A DNA stretch of 64,000 nucleotides from a virus (IMGVR_UViG_642918906_000001:252675-316674), one strand, 5' to 3'. Shown: positions 37,819-47,675, counted from the stretch's first letter. The notes: generated by a model from the sequence alone, not told the origin. Numbers and translations: made by a program.

Positions 37819-38225
37819 TTATTCCAATCATCCACCTGCTTGAGGAAATCTTGAATGACCCAGCCCCATTTACCAGCCCATTCTTTGACGGTATAGGGTA
37901 TACCAGATGGACCAGCAACCGATTCCAGTATGGTCGACCATTCGGTCTTATAGCAGTACTCTACTTGAGACTCGTAACGCTTTATCGAGATATCCAGTAG
38001 GTAAAGATTCTGGTCTGTTACGGTTGCTCTCAATCCTAGGTAAAGACCCTGTTCCATTAAGTGGGCAAGCTCGACCCGTTTAAAGTCCTTCGGGTTGAAT
38101 GTCACAACTATATCTGGTAGTGGTTCACCGGGCTGAGTTCTTTGAAAAGGTAGTTCATCCTTAGGTGGAAGTTGCTCAGATGGTGCAGGACGATTATTGA
38201 TCAAGAACTTTGAAGTATCAAACAT
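37812..38225 (-). CDS. Hypothetical protein
   Basis: Operon ORF. Confidence 0.75.
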   Translation of the reverse strand: MFDTSKFLINNRPAPSEQLPPKDELPFQRTQPGEPLPDIVVTFNPKDFKRVELAHLMEQGLYLGLRATVTDQNLYLLDISIKRYESQVEYCYKTEWSTILESVAGPSGIPYTVKEWAGKWGWVIQDFLKQVDDWNKC

Positions 38226-38228
38226 AGT

Positions 38229-38480
38229 TTACCCCACGCTGTAACCGACCGTGTAAATCTTACGTTTGATCTTGAACTTAAAGACCTTGTAAAATTCACC
38301 TAGTGGCGGTACATCCGTTTCGAACCGACTACCATAGACCATGTCATCGGTTTTTTCAAAGAACGTAATACACTTACGTGCAATGTAGTCTCGTCGACCT
38401 TTGGTTAGATAAGGATAGGTTACTTTGAGCTGCTCATCAATCAGCTTTGGGAGGTGTTTTGCAATGTAATCATCAATCAT
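38229..38480 (-). CDS. Hypothetical protein
   Basis: Operon ORF. Confidence 0.7.
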   Translation of the reverse strand: MIDDYIAKHLPKLIDEQLKVTYPYLTKGRRDYIARKCITFFEKTDDMVYGSRFETDVPPLGEFYKVFKFKIKRKIYTVGYSVG

Positions 38481-38487
38481 CGTAAAC

Positions 38488-39396
38488 TCACTTTAAGAAT
38501 GTACCACAGGAGGCCTTCACATCAGTTCCTACGCGTGGGATCAGCTTAACCTTAGCATCGGGTAGATGACGCTGGATAAAGCCGTGTAGGTACTTTACAT
38601 GACCCTCCACGGGTTCCTTGGAGTAGTGACCTTCCGGTGGATTGTATCGGACGATGTTCCAGTTCACTTTCAGTCCAACTTCTTTGATCTCATCAATGAT
38701 AGCTTTAACGTCACCGATGGAATCGTTCTGATCGTTAATGAATGCATAATGAATCTTAGGTGTTTTACCGGTAGCTTCTTGCCAGCACTTCAGTTCATCC
38801 AGTGCCGTTTCAGGTGCTGCCGCTTTAGGTAGCCACTGTTTACGGAACTTAGGATTCAGACTGTAAAGTGAGTAGTAGAGTTCAGGGTAGACTTCTGGGT
38901 CAGTGAACACATCAGTCAGTTTAGTAAAGCCGAACTCTTTTGGCCAGATGGTGGAGATCAGGAACTTAGCTTCCAATCCCCATTGTTCGGCCATACGCTT
39001 AAGACCACGTAGGATCTCATCGGCATTCTCAACGAAGTGTTTGTTAGCTAATGGTTCACCACGCGCCATGAAGTTGAAGTGTACCTTAGTGGCTGCACTA
39101 CCTACATGGTTATTTCGGACCATGTCGATGTAATGGTCGAATACACGTTCAGCTTGTTCGAAGTATTCCTGTACAGTAACGTCACGGGAATCCGTCTGAC
39201 CAGTTGCAGTCAACCAACACATCCTGCAAGCTTGTTTACAGCCTGTCTGAGAGCTTAGATAAACAATGAAGTAATCGTCTACCCTTTGTACGAAACGTGC
39301 TTCTAATCGCCCTGTATGGTCTTCAAACTTACGCTCGAAGTTAACGGAGCGATCTAGCTCAGATTGGTGCGTCGTGTAAATCAATTGACTCTGCAT
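38488..39396 (-). CDS. RlmN/Cfr-like radical SAM protein
   Basis: SSQTGCKQACRMC (CxxxCxxC), FMARGEPL (cf. MGMGEPL), C-terminal DVKASCG (methyl-carrier Cys). Confidence 0.9.
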   Translation of the reverse strand: MQSQLIYTTHQSELDRSVNFERKFEDHTGRLEARFVQRVDDYFIVYLSSQTGCKQACRMCWLTATGQTDSRDVTVQEYFEQAERVFDHYIDMVRNNHVGSAATKVHFNFMARGEPLANKHFVENADEILRGLKRMAEQWGLEAKFLISTIWPKEFGFTKLTDVFTDPEVYPELYYSLYSLNPKFRKQWLPKAAAPETALDELKCWQEATGKTPKIHYAFINDQNDSIGDVKAIIDEIKEVGLKVNWNIVRYNPPEGHYSKEPVEGHVKYLHGFIQRHLPDAKVKLIPRVGTDVKASCGTFLK

Positions 39397-39643
39397 GGGT
39401 GCTGGTCCTCAAACGGTAAACGAATCGAATAGGTGGATAACCATTAACTGTTATGGTGGATTCATCGAAGTCTTTGTTATCGTACTCAACTGTAACTTGA
39501 TGGGGCCAGAACAACCCTTTTCTTATTTGATCTTCAATTTGACAAACTAGGTGGTAACCACGCATTGCAGCATTACACCCATTAAAGTGATCGCTGCAAA
39601 CGTGGTCAACCAGTTCGTCAAGCTTACGCTTGATCGACTCCAT
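39359..39643 (-). CDS. Hypothetical protein
   Basis: GGAG RBS. Confidence 0.7.
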   Translation of the reverse strand: MESIKRKLDELVDHVCSDHFNGCNAAMRGYHLVCQIEDQIRKGLFWPHQVTVEYDNKDFDESTITVNGYPPIRFVYRLRTSTHAESIDLHDAPI

Positions 39644-39950
39644 CTTCAACTCCAGTTACCAGACTAGGTACATCATACCTTGGTTTGATTTTGATATGGG
39701 GTTTGTCACCCAATTCTGACAGTGTCAGGATCACTTGGATTTGCTTGTCCCCTTTAGGGTTAACTCGAATACTGTGTGGACCTGGATAGGAATCAAAATG
39801 ATCCCTTAGAGTAACGTATACTTCATGTGCCGATTGCAGCTGAGTCAGGTCCGGTTTATTTTTAAAGACCTGTCCAACAATGTTAGTTACGGTATTGGTC
39901 CAAGTTGCAGCATGTTCCGCTTTGGCTGCAACAATTGCTTCAGTAGTCAT
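39624..39950 (-). CDS. Hypothetical protein
   Basis: GGAG RBS. Confidence 0.75.
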   Translation of the reverse strand: MTTEAIVAAKAEHAATWTNTVTNIVGQVFKNKPDLTQLQSAHEVYVTLRDHFDSYPGPHSIRVNPKGDKQIQVILTLSELGDKPHIKIKPRYDVPSLVTGVEDGVDQA

Positions 39951-39962
39951 TTTGAAACTCCG

Positions 39963-40466
39963 TTATTTAATCAAGATCACAAAGGTATCTGGGTGAAAGG
40001 TTTCAGCAACCCATTTATTAAATTCAGCGCGTTTGACGTAGCCCGCACCGACAGTAAATTGTGCATCATCAACGATCACGTACCGCGTGTTAAGTTTCTC
40101 TTCGTCGCTTAGTTGTGCATTCCACTTCTCAATGGTTCCACTCGCACTTGGTACTAGCTGCGTGTAATCGACCCTTTCGCGCCCGGTATTTTTTAAGTAG
40201 TCATTAGCTAGTGCCAATTTAAGATAACTGTCTTTAGTAATTAGAATGCATTTATTGGGATGTTTAGCGATCCATTTCAATGCGCCTTGACTAAGCCCAC
40301 ACTGACGACCTACGTAAAGACCAATGGTTTTACAATCTCTTACCACCCAAGCCGGATCACCTCTATGTTGGGTATTACCCCACCGTTCCCAATTGTAACG
40401 TGTAACTTTTTCTAAGGCGTCTATAATGCTAACATAATCGACAAGCGGTTTAACGTAATCATTCAT
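39963..40466 (-). CDS. Degenerate P-loop NTPase-like protein (paralog of 47016..47534)
   Basis: KTIGLYVGRQCGLS (Walker A-like, no Lys), YVIVDDA (Walker B-like). Confidence 0.7.
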   Translation of the reverse strand: MNDYVKPLVDYVSIIDALEKVTRYNWERWGNTQHRGDPAWVVRDCKTIGLYVGRQCGLSQGALKWIAKHPNKCILITKDSYLKLALANDYLKNTGRERVDYTQLVPSASGTIEKWNAQLSDEEKLNTRYVIVDDAQFTVGAGYVKRAEFNKWVAETFHPDTFVILIK

Positions 40467-40535
40467 GTTTCATACTCACTATTTAATTGTTTCAGAGTAG
40501 GCGGTATGCCTACAATATCAGCACGCTCAGTATTT

Positions 40536-40578
40536 ATTAGAACCCGATTAAAGAGTATATTACAATGGTGAATCTAAA
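40536..40578 (+). promoter_or_regulatory. phiKZ-type early promoter
   Basis: ATTAGAACCCGATTAAAGAG-TATATTAC-AATGGTGAATCTAAA. Confidence 0.8.
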
Positions 40579-40593
40579 CCCTTAAAGGAATTA

Positions 40594-40950
40594 ATGATGC
40601 GTGTAAAAGCGATGGATCTCACCTTGGAGATGGTTAAGGCATCAAGTGACGCTAATCCCATCATCATAGAACACTCACACGGTACTTTCACCATCAAACG
40701 TGGTTGGTACGGTACGTCTGGTGGTCGTGAGCTGCCCGGTGGTACCGAATACATTATTCCAATACTACTGTTGGAATTCCGTGACCGTAATGATTGGTTA
40801 GTCGGTTGCGAAGAACACTACGAAGGGGTATTCCAGTTGCTTAAACTGAGTATCCTTGATAAGGTCCGCACCAATACCTTTGTGTTCGATAAAGGTATGG
40901 AGCTGGAAGATATGGTTTCCCTTTGGCTGCACAACACAATCACGGAGTAA
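40594..40950 (+). CDS. Hypothetical early protein
   Basis: AAGGA RBS after promoter. Confidence 0.75.
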   Translation: MMRVKAMDLTLEMVKASSDANPIIIEHSHGTFTIKRGWYGTSGGRELPGGTEYIIPILLLEFRDRNDWLVGCEEHYEGVFQLLKLSILDKVRTNTFVFDKGMELEDMVSLWLHNTITE

Positions 40951-40955
40951 TAGCA

Positions 40956-41441
40956 ATGCGTAAGGTAATTGCAGTTGTAATGATGGCATTCGCTGGTTTG
41001 GTGCAAGCTGGTATCAACAGTAACATCGAATACGAATATCAGGTTGCTGTACCAAAGACCATGGTGGATGTCGTCGTGACTCCAGCAATGTGTTCTGAAT
41101 ACAGTGGTCTTGCTGTTGGGGCTAAGGTACTGTTTGATTTGAACCTCAGTGATGAGGCCATTCAAAACAGCATGGTTAACGTCGCTGCGGATAACATGGG
41201 TAACCGTGTAGTGTGGTCGACTTTCCATATGGTGCTTAAGCTTGACACCATTACGGCAATGCGAGATTGGCCTAACCAGGCTGAATTCCAGAAGGTGCGT
41301 AAGGCCAGTCCTAATCAAGATGAACGTCTTTACTATCAGAAATATGCCGAGCAACAATGCAAAGCTAATCAAGAAGGTAAGACTATCAAAGTGCTTAAAG
41401 TTGTTCGTCGGGTTGCTGGTAGTAACACTGAGTTCAAATAA
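40956..41441 (+). CDS. Exported protein with signal peptide
   Basis: MRKVIAVVMMAFAGLVQA; GGAG RBS; two Cys. Confidence 0.8.
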   Translation: MRKVIAVVMMAFAGLVQAGINSNIEYEYQVAVPKTMVDVVVTPAMCSEYSGLAVGAKVLFDLNLSDEAIQNSMVNVAADNMGNRVVWSTFHMVLKLDTITAMRDWPNQAEFQKVRKASPNQDERLYYQKYAEQQCKANQEGKTIKVLKVVRRVAGSNTEFK

Positions 41442-41444
41442 CGA

Positions 41445-41490
41445 CATAACGCCAGCTCCTTCGGGAGCTGGCTTATGCCTTTTCTTTTTT
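41445..41490. terminator. Bidirectional terminator
   Basis: CATAAC-GCCAGCTCC-TTCG-GGAGCTGGC-TTATGCC-T-rich. Confidence 0.85.
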
Positions 41491-42349
41491 ACAACAATTC
41501 AAAACTATACAGCATCTGAACACTCAGTGATTCACTGTGACCCACTTCCTTTGTGTCACCTGCATCGTTAATGGCCCAGAATTTACCAGTAGATGATTCA
41601 GTACTGGTCAGGTACCATTTGCCGGGTTGCAGTGACCAGCCGGATATTGGTGGATTCGTAGAGGGGATACCCGATAAGAAGAATGTGCCAAGGATAGCCT
41701 TGAATTCATCTAATGTAGGTACCCATGTCTGGTATTTCACTTGAGGTGTAGTCAGAGTCCGTCCTTGGGTAACAGCCCCACCTAGCAAAGTAATCGTCAT
41801 AGGTAGGTACTGATCCACTAAGTCACCTGACCTCGCAAAATATCCATTACGGTAAAGTGCGACCGCAGTAACCATCCCCTTGTTTGGTGTAGTATTGCTG
41901 CCATAGAGCACACCGTCAATCGTACACCACATGGGAGCGCTAGCCGCATTATCCCAACCGATATTGGTACCTGCTAATGCTTCAAATGCGCCAATATTTG
42001 GTCGCTCAGCTGCAATGATACTTGAACTAATATAACCTGCATTAGCATCACCGTAAAGGTAATATGGATTCTTGCTAAAGATCGCAATCATCTTATCGGA
42101 CCAATCGATCAATCGAATACATGGACCGTAAACGATCTGATTGTCTCGTCCACGATAAGCCCACATCACCCAGTAAGGCTTGTCCTTAATCGGAAAGGTT
42201 AGATTATATCCCGAATACGAAGTGGTGTTGTTCATATAGGGTTCAGGTAAGCTATCCTTATCGAACTTGGTTTCACTCACATAAACGTAAAGGCCATCGA
42301 TGTGCTCACTCCCGGTTAACCCATAGGGGTTATCAACTGATATTCTCAT
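41489..42349 (-). CDS. Virion/tail-associated protein, divergent family C member
   Basis: N-terminal MRISVDNP...YVYVS Ig/FN3-like domain; YGDANAGY; ends FELL. Confidence 0.65.
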   Translation of the reverse strand: MRISVDNPYGLTGSEHIDGLYVYVSETKFDKDSLPEPYMNNTTSYSGYNLTFPIKDKPYWVMWAYRGRDNQIVYGPCIRLIDWSDKMIAIFSKNPYYLYGDANAGYISSSIIAAERPNIGAFEALAGTNIGWDNAASAPMWCTIDGVLYGSNTTPNKGMVTAVALYRNGYFARSGDLVDQYLPMTITLLGGAVTQGRTLTTPQVKYQTWVPTLDEFKAILGTFFLSGIPSTNPPISGWSLQPGKWYLTSTESSTGKFWAINDAGDTKEVGHSESLSVQMLYSFELL

Positions 42350-43206
42350 GAGTAATTCCTATCTGTCTTTGGTAAGAACCGGATGATGGGTTTCCAATAC
42401 CACTCGTAGTTGTAATGGGTATTCATATAGATGGACTGTGGTCGGCAAGGAGCGTATGGATTTGCTTGTTGAACTAAAGACTGTCCATTAGATTCATTAG
42501 CTATCGCGAATACCATGTAGCTATTGACGTCCTGTCCTACAATTGGACGTAAGGCATTTTGTCGCGGGTATTGTTTAGCGATGTTCCACTTAGTTGGCGT
42601 TTGCCCATCCAGAATAGCTAAAGCAACGCTATTGTCAATTGATTTGATATATTCATAGCTGCAATAACCAACATCGACATTACGCATTGAGCCGCCACCG
42701 GCCCTGCTCATGAAAGCTTCGAAGTTATCAGTTGGGATCTTTATCACACCTGTTGCCAATGTGTAATATATGTCGGACCCTACCTTAAATTTTAGCCATC
42801 TACCATTCCAGTTTTTAAACTCGATGCCTGGACCACCTACGTTAGCTAAGTCAGTTACGCTTGGTAAAAGGCTGGCCTCGCCAGCGTCGACGAGACCAAA
42901 ACTCCAAATCGTGTCAGTACCTGACTCGGCCTGGTCGTATGTACCCGGACCATAGAGACTAACGTCGCCTAATACAATGTTAGGTGACATCACTGATTCG
43001 CCACCTTGTTTGTAAACACGGAAACGATAGTTATAGTCTTGACCCAAAACAGTATCACGGTCAACGTACTGTGTTTCAAATCCATCAAGTGTAGCAATAG
43101 GTGGATTTACAGGAACATCTGGAATCTCAGTACCGACGGGTTCACGGTAGAGATCAATATTCGTCAGTGTTCTGGAGTTAGGGTTATTAAAGTTGATAGT
43201 AATCAT
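42346..43206 (-). CDS. Virion/tail-associated protein, family C, with FN3-like N-terminus
   Basis: NPN...IDLYR...YVDRDTVLGQDYNYR; GPG; WLKFK; WKPIIRF. Confidence 0.75.
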   Translation of the reverse strand: MITINFNNPNSRTLTNIDLYREPVGTEIPDVPVNPPIATLDGFETQYVDRDTVLGQDYNYRFRVYKQGGESVMSPNIVLGDVSLYGPGTYDQAESGTDTIWSFGLVDAGEASLLPSVTDLANVGGPGIEFKNWNGRWLKFKVGSDIYYTLATGVIKIPTDNFEAFMSRAGGGSMRNVDVGYCSYEYIKSIDNSVALAILDGQTPTKWNIAKQYPRQNALRPIVGQDVNSYMVFAIANESNGQSLVQQANPYAPCRPQSIYMNTHYNYEWYWKPIIRFLPKTDRNYS

Positions 43207-45161
43207 TGGACCACCACCTTAGCATACGGAGGGTAGATACGATCAACTTGCGGTGCGATCGTATTGATAGGTTTGAGGACTGTCTCCAATGGATCTGCCA
43301 GATCCAGAACCAACAATATCGAATCCGAGGTGTCATTCAACCATGGTTGGCTAAGCATTGTGTAGATTCGATTGTTGTGGAAAGTGGACGTACCTTTGAA
43401 TCGCTTCTGTGCACCGATGCTAGGTACGTCGGCCATAACTTTCAGCCATCTGGATTCATTTGGTAACCACTGATAAACATAGAACTTAGCTTCGTCTGAC
43501 GGAATACTTGCGCTGGTAACCAAGAACAATGTGTCACGCCATGTAAATAACTTACCGCCTTTGGTGACTGGCAGTTCGGTACCTTGGGTTGTGATGCTCG
43601 ACATATAGAACGAGTTCGGTGGGTTCAGCGGTAAAGCTTTACGATAAGCTGCGTTCGTATAACCATTAGCTGAACGCGTGCCGCCGACCTCCATCAGATA
43701 TCCAGCGTATGCCCCAACAGCTGCACCGCCGGAGGTTGATGGCATTCCCGTAGTACCTGTTTGCAGAGTACCGTCAAACGTAGCCGCTTCGGCGGAGTAG
43801 TAAGTACTAGCTATGGTGGGTTGTTCGGTGTAATAAGCTCCGAAGATAAAGATCATATCTTTATTTAGAGCCGTATCGAAGTAGACCGTACCACTGGAAC
43901 CAAAGCCAAATGTAACGTTGGTAGTCAGTGTAGTCCACAACCCTTCCGGTGTACCATTGTCCTCCCAGACTTGAACGTCGTTGTAGAGTTCTTGATAACT
44001 CCACTCGGTCGTGCCAATGCGCTTCACACCACCAAAACAATAAATCTTATTGTTATAGACCCACGTTACTGGCTGGTAAACTCCAACTGGTAGCGGTGCA
44101 TGGATTTGTTCGTCCTCACCATTCAAATCAAAACTGATGTGCCTGGTAGATGCATCTAACCCGGTAGTGAAGGTGGTTGAAATACCACCGAAGAAGTGAA
44201 CTCGGTTGTTAACAACTTCTGCACCACACATCATCATCCGGTCTTCAGGTAGAGTAGGTTTAACCACTACATCAGAATCTGGAAAGGCTGTGTCACTCCG
44301 ACTAACCAATTCCAACACCATGAACAATGGGTGCACACCATTCCAATCAATTAGTATTTGATTGCCGGCAAGATCGACACTAAGGTTATCTGCTTCGGTC
44401 ATACGACTTGAAGTAACAACAGGTGAACTGTAGGTATGTGGATTGTTATTAGAGATCGCAACTTCCTGTTGATTACCCAATACCGATGATGGATACAGTT
44501 TGATATAGAGTTGATTGAACTCGTTCTCAGTCATCAATCTGAATCGGTAGGTAAATCCATTAGCATGTACCTTACGACCTTGCTGCACTTTAGTTGTGAT
44601 GGAGTTATATAAAACCGCATTAAGCTGGTCCTTACCATCGCCACTGCTAAATAATGCACCTGCTTTATAAAGCTCTTCCAAAGAACCTTGTACCACGGGT
44701 ACGTCTGTAATAAAAAGTACCTTGTCATCAATCAAACATTTCTCAACGTTTGTGTTAGCATGATCGACCCCTTCGATCCATGGGATATTAGGAAAGTCTA
44801 CAGGTAACTGACTAACTGGATAAACCGTGTTAAGTGGAATCGATCCATAGCGTCCTACTTTAGCATCACCCCTTAAGATCATATCGGGAACGGTACTATC
44901 TGGATTGACCTGAGGACCCGTGAAGTATTTCTTCATGGTCGTGTACATCGGACCAACGATCTCAGATGCGTTGTGCACTACACCAATCCGGTAATACACT
45001 AGTCGATTAAGTTCAACTGTGGTATCATGGTACTCGGTTGTAGTGGCGGGTAAAGATACCAGGGGAGTAGGACACTTATCATAAGTGAACGTTTCGTAAC
45101 TGCGATAAATATTAATTGTGCTATCGGCAGTCGTATTGTAATTCGTCAAGTCAATACGCAT
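43203..45161 (-). CDS. Virion/tail-associated protein, family C, with FN3-like domain and kelch beta-propeller
   Basis: IYRS...YHDTTVE...YYRI; GDAKVGRYG; YRFRLMT; kelch FFGG/CFGG/IFGA/EVGG repeats. Confidence 0.8.
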   Translation of the reverse strand: MRIDLTNYNTTADSTINIYRSYETFTYDKCPTPLVSLPATTTEYHDTTVELNRLVYYRIGVVHNASEIVGPMYTTMKKYFTGPQVNPDSTVPDMILRGDAKVGRYGSIPLNTVYPVSQLPVDFPNIPWIEGVDHANTNVEKCLIDDKVLFITDVPVVQGSLEELYKAGALFSSGDGKDQLNAVLYNSITTKVQQGRKVHANGFTYRFRLMTENEFNQLYIKLYPSSVLGNQQEVAISNNNPHTYSSPVVTSSRMTEADNLSVDLAGNQILIDWNGVHPLFMVLELVSRSDTAFPDSDVVVKPTLPEDRMMMCGAEVVNNRVHFFGGISTTFTTGLDASTRHISFDLNGEDEQIHAPLPVGVYQPVTWVYNNKIYCFGGVKRIGTTEWSYQELYNDVQVWEDNGTPEGLWTTLTTNVTFGFGSSGTVYFDTALNKDMIFIFGAYYTEQPTIASTYYSAEAATFDGTLQTGTTGMPSTSGGAAVGAYAGYLMEVGGTRSANGYTNAAYRKALPLNPPNSFYMSSITTQGTELPVTKGGKLFTWRDTLFLVTSASIPSDEAKFYVYQWLPNESRWLKVMADVPSIGAQKRFKGTSTFHNNRIYTMLSQPWLNDTSDSILLVLDLADPLETVLKPINTIAPQVDRIYPPYAKVVVQ

Positions 45162-45163
45162 GT

Positions 45164-46129
45164 TCAGCTCCCATCAATAGGTCCAGTTAGGCCAGTGTAA
45201 ACCAGTACGGGCCAGATCAACGTAGAGTCCCAATTACTCGTAACTGAATAATCAACATCTTCCACGTGTAGTTCTTTTGGTCGAGCTGGGGCAGGACCTG
45301 TCGCGGTCGTCCAATTAATAGACGTTCCAGTGGTATCAGTCCAATCGCAAGTTAAGATCCACTTCACAGTGTCGCTTGGGTAACGCTGTGTAAGTGTATC
45401 ATAGAACTTCACTTGACCATTATTGATACCTAACCGATTACCTGTTTTGTTGCCAGTATCAGCGTCTTCAATCCGAGAATACATCTCAGTGATCACACCC
45501 AACATGGATCTAAGTTCGCCAGGGAAGTGTTCTATGTCATGTTCAGTATTAGACGAGTGTACTGCCGATGGAACTAACAAAGCCCATTCATGTAAACCCA
45601 TCGTGAATTTAATGGGTTGACCTGAGATCAATGTTTGGACCTGGGTGTCTTGTAAACTGATCTCAGTACCTAATGCAACCGGGTAACTAAAGGTACCGCG
45701 TACTGAACCACCTACAGCGAACTTATGTGGGTAAGTATTAAGCGATTCATCTAGTGGTGATAAGCCAAGTATATTGCGGACATAATTCAAAGAAGGTATC
45801 GTAGCCCCATCGGATGGGAATACGTCGTAATAACCAAATCGTTCATCACCAAAGACGGTTCTCGAATTACCTGGACCTGTATACGGGTTTGCATCAAACG
45901 CAAATAGTTTAGACATTGGGGACGCGTCCTGTCCCGTAACAGACTTAAACCGATAATAATAGGTTAAGCCCTGCTCTACGTCCGTATCAAGGTAAGTCGA
46001 AATACCGTTGTCGACTGTTGCGATTAAAGCTGCCTCATCAGGACGCTCAAAAGGAGACGTTGATCGATAGATCTCAGTCTTATGTACTGACCCAGTATTA
46101 GGGTCTAACCATTTAAGTTGAATTAACAT
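45164..46129 (-). CDS. Virion/tail-associated protein, family C, with FN3-like N-terminus
   Basis: LKWLDPN...IYRS...YLDTDVEQGLTYYYR; GPG...GDERFGYY; WPVLVY. Confidence 0.8.
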   Translation of the reverse strand: MLIQLKWLDPNTGSVHKTEIYRSTSPFERPDEAALIATVDNGISTYLDTDVEQGLTYYYRFKSVTGQDASPMSKLFAFDANPYTGPGNSRTVFGDERFGYYDVFPSDGATIPSLNYVRNILGLSPLDESLNTYPHKFAVGGSVRGTFSYPVALGTEISLQDTQVQTLISGQPIKFTMGLHEWALLVPSAVHSSNTEHDIEHFPGELRSMLGVITEMYSRIEDADTGNKTGNRLGINNGQVKFYDTLTQRYPSDTVKWILTCDWTDTTGTSINWTTATGPAPARPKELHVEDVDYSVTSNWDSTLIWPVLVYTGLTGPIDGS

Positions 46130-46130
46130 A

Positions 46131-46292
46131 TTAGGCCGGTCCTGGTATAATCTGTGGTTCTTCGGTAGTTGTGTTATCTACATCTATAACCTGGAATGTA
46201 GCAGCTGGTGGAATGCTACCTTCGTAAACGTCAATCGCGTCAGTGATTGCCTGTAACGGCACACCACCAACAAATAGTAAGGCGTCTATCAT
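46131..46292 (-). CDS. Small acidic protein leading the tail-protein operon (53 aa)
   Basis: MIDALLFVGGVPLQ...; GAGGT RBS; MID.L start shared with 50214 and 54631 proteins. Confidence 0.6.
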   Translation of the reverse strand: MIDALLFVGGVPLQAITDAIDVYEGSIPPAATFQVIDVDNTTTEEPQIIPGPA

Positions 46293-46354
46293 AGTTACCT
46301 CGATGATTTACAGAGTTACATAACATAACGGCATAAAGCCTCCCCGGAGGGAGG

Positions 46355-46666
46355 CTAATATAGTGTGCCGATCATGTAATTGGAAAGATAGATATCGATA
46401 CTTCTGTCAGTATGGGTAACTCGCGGTTTCCAATAAGTGTCTCGGCCAGCCAGTGCATCTCGAGCTAAATGACTTTTATATAAGTCCAATAGAAAAGACT
46501 CCAGCATAGCCGCCTTTTGAGCGAGGGTGTGCGAAGAGTCACAGAGGATATTAGCTTCAATATACGTGCGCAGGTTGGTAGCGTAGTATTGGATCAGAGC
46601 TTTATCGGGACCAGCTATTTCATCATACGGATCATGTTGCGTTCCAGTCAAATTAGTTTGTATCAT
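46355..46666 (-). CDS. Hypothetical protein
   Basis: AGGA RBS; followed by terminator 46337-46355. Confidence 0.7.
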   Translation of the reverse strand: MIQTNLTGTQHDPYDEIAGPDKALIQYYATNLRTYIEANILCDSSHTLAQKAAMLESFLLDLYKSHLARDALAGRDTYWKPRVTHTDRSIDIYLSNYMIGTLY

Positions 46667-46674
46667 GGTTGTTC

Positions 46675-47013
46675 CTAAGTGATGGTGAGAATACTATCGC
46701 CATTATAGAAGACTTCAACAATAGTCTTGTTTATATTAACCCATTTTGCTTCGATCGTGTGATCGGGTTTAGTTGCGAACGACATGATCTTGTAAAACTC
46801 TAGGTGTTCATTCAACCGATTCAGGACAAACTGATCGAGTAGTTGTCCCCGATACCTTTCGACAAATATTGGAACTACGATATTGCAGTACGTTTCGATT
46901 AATTCATCATGTGGACATTTGGTTGGGAAGGCCAACTGATATTTTAACCTAGTTAGATCCCATGACGCGTCTCTTTCAGCCTGCGATCTGAAATCGTTAG
47001 TGTAAGGATACAT
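46675..47013 (-). CDS. Hypothetical protein
   Basis: Operon ORF. Confidence 0.7.
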   Translation of the reverse strand: MYPYTNDFRSQAERDASWDLTRLKYQLAFPTKCPHDELIETYCNIVVPIFVERYRGQLLDQFVLNRLNEHLEFYKIMSFATKPDHTIEAKWVNINKTIVEVFYNGDSILTIT

Positions 47014-47015
47014 AA

Positions 47016-47534
47016 TCACCCCATGTCGTTGCAGATAATGACGCCATCAAAGCCAATGTTAGTCAGCCAGTTATAGAACTTCTCTTTACGCACTGCTTTA
47101 AAGAAGGCCACCGAATTCTGAATGTAAATTCTATTAATGGTGATATTGAAGAAATCGTAATCTTGGCGAACGAATTCAGATATCTCCATCTGTGTTAACA
47201 CTCGCCTTACCACACTTAGCGGTAAGCTGGTATTATCCCCGGTTGAGCCGATCGGAACGTATTCACGGTTAAATGTAAAGCTATTGCGAAAGGTCTCACG
47301 AACACTTTGGTTAGGGGTGATTAGGATAGCATCGTCGTACTTAAGGAAATCTTGATGCATCCAGTACGCAGCACCACATTGCCTAGGTGCACGATAACCT
47401 ACTGTTTTAAAATCTTTAAGCCATGTAGCTTGATCATGTTCCAACCCGAAGTGTGCTTTCAATTCAGTGTGGGTCGTTGCTTTCTCAATCATGCCATCAA
47501 TGAAGCTTTGAATAGCCTCTATATGTGGATACAT
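47016..47534 (-). CDS. Degenerate P-loop NTPase-like protein (paralog of 39963..40466)
   Basis: KTVGYRAPRQCGAA; AILITPN; RKEKFYNW; GAGGT RBS. Confidence 0.7.
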   Translation of the reverse strand: MYPHIEAIQSFIDGMIEKATTHTELKAHFGLEHDQATWLKDFKTVGYRAPRQCGAAYWMHQDFLKYDDAILITPNQSVRETFRNSFTFNREYVPIGSTGDNTSLPLSVVRRVLTQMEISEFVRQDYDFFNITINRIYIQNSVAFFKAVRKEKFYNWLTNIGFDGVIICNDMG

Positions 47535-47559
47535 TGTTATTACCTCTTAGTCGAAATAA

Positions 47560-47579
47560 ATCCTGCCCGAAGGCAGGAC
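47560..47579 (-). terminator. Terminator of the tRNA-Leu transcript
   Basis: TCCTGCC-TTCG-GGCAGGA-TTTATTT on minus strand. Confidence 0.8.
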
Positions 47580-47588
47580 TATTAGAAT

Positions 47589-47675
47589 TGGTGCCGGTGG
47601 TGGGCCTCGATCCCACAATCCCTTACGGGCGGCGGATTTTAAGTCCGCTATCTATACCAATTCGATCACACCGGC
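47589..47675 (-). tRNA. tRNA-Leu (anticodon TAA), CCA encoded
   Basis: GCCGGTG/CACCGGC acceptor, GCGGA-CTTAAAA-TCCGC anticodon arm, long variable arm, T-arm GTGGG-ATCGAGG-CCCAC, ACCA end. Confidence 0.95.
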
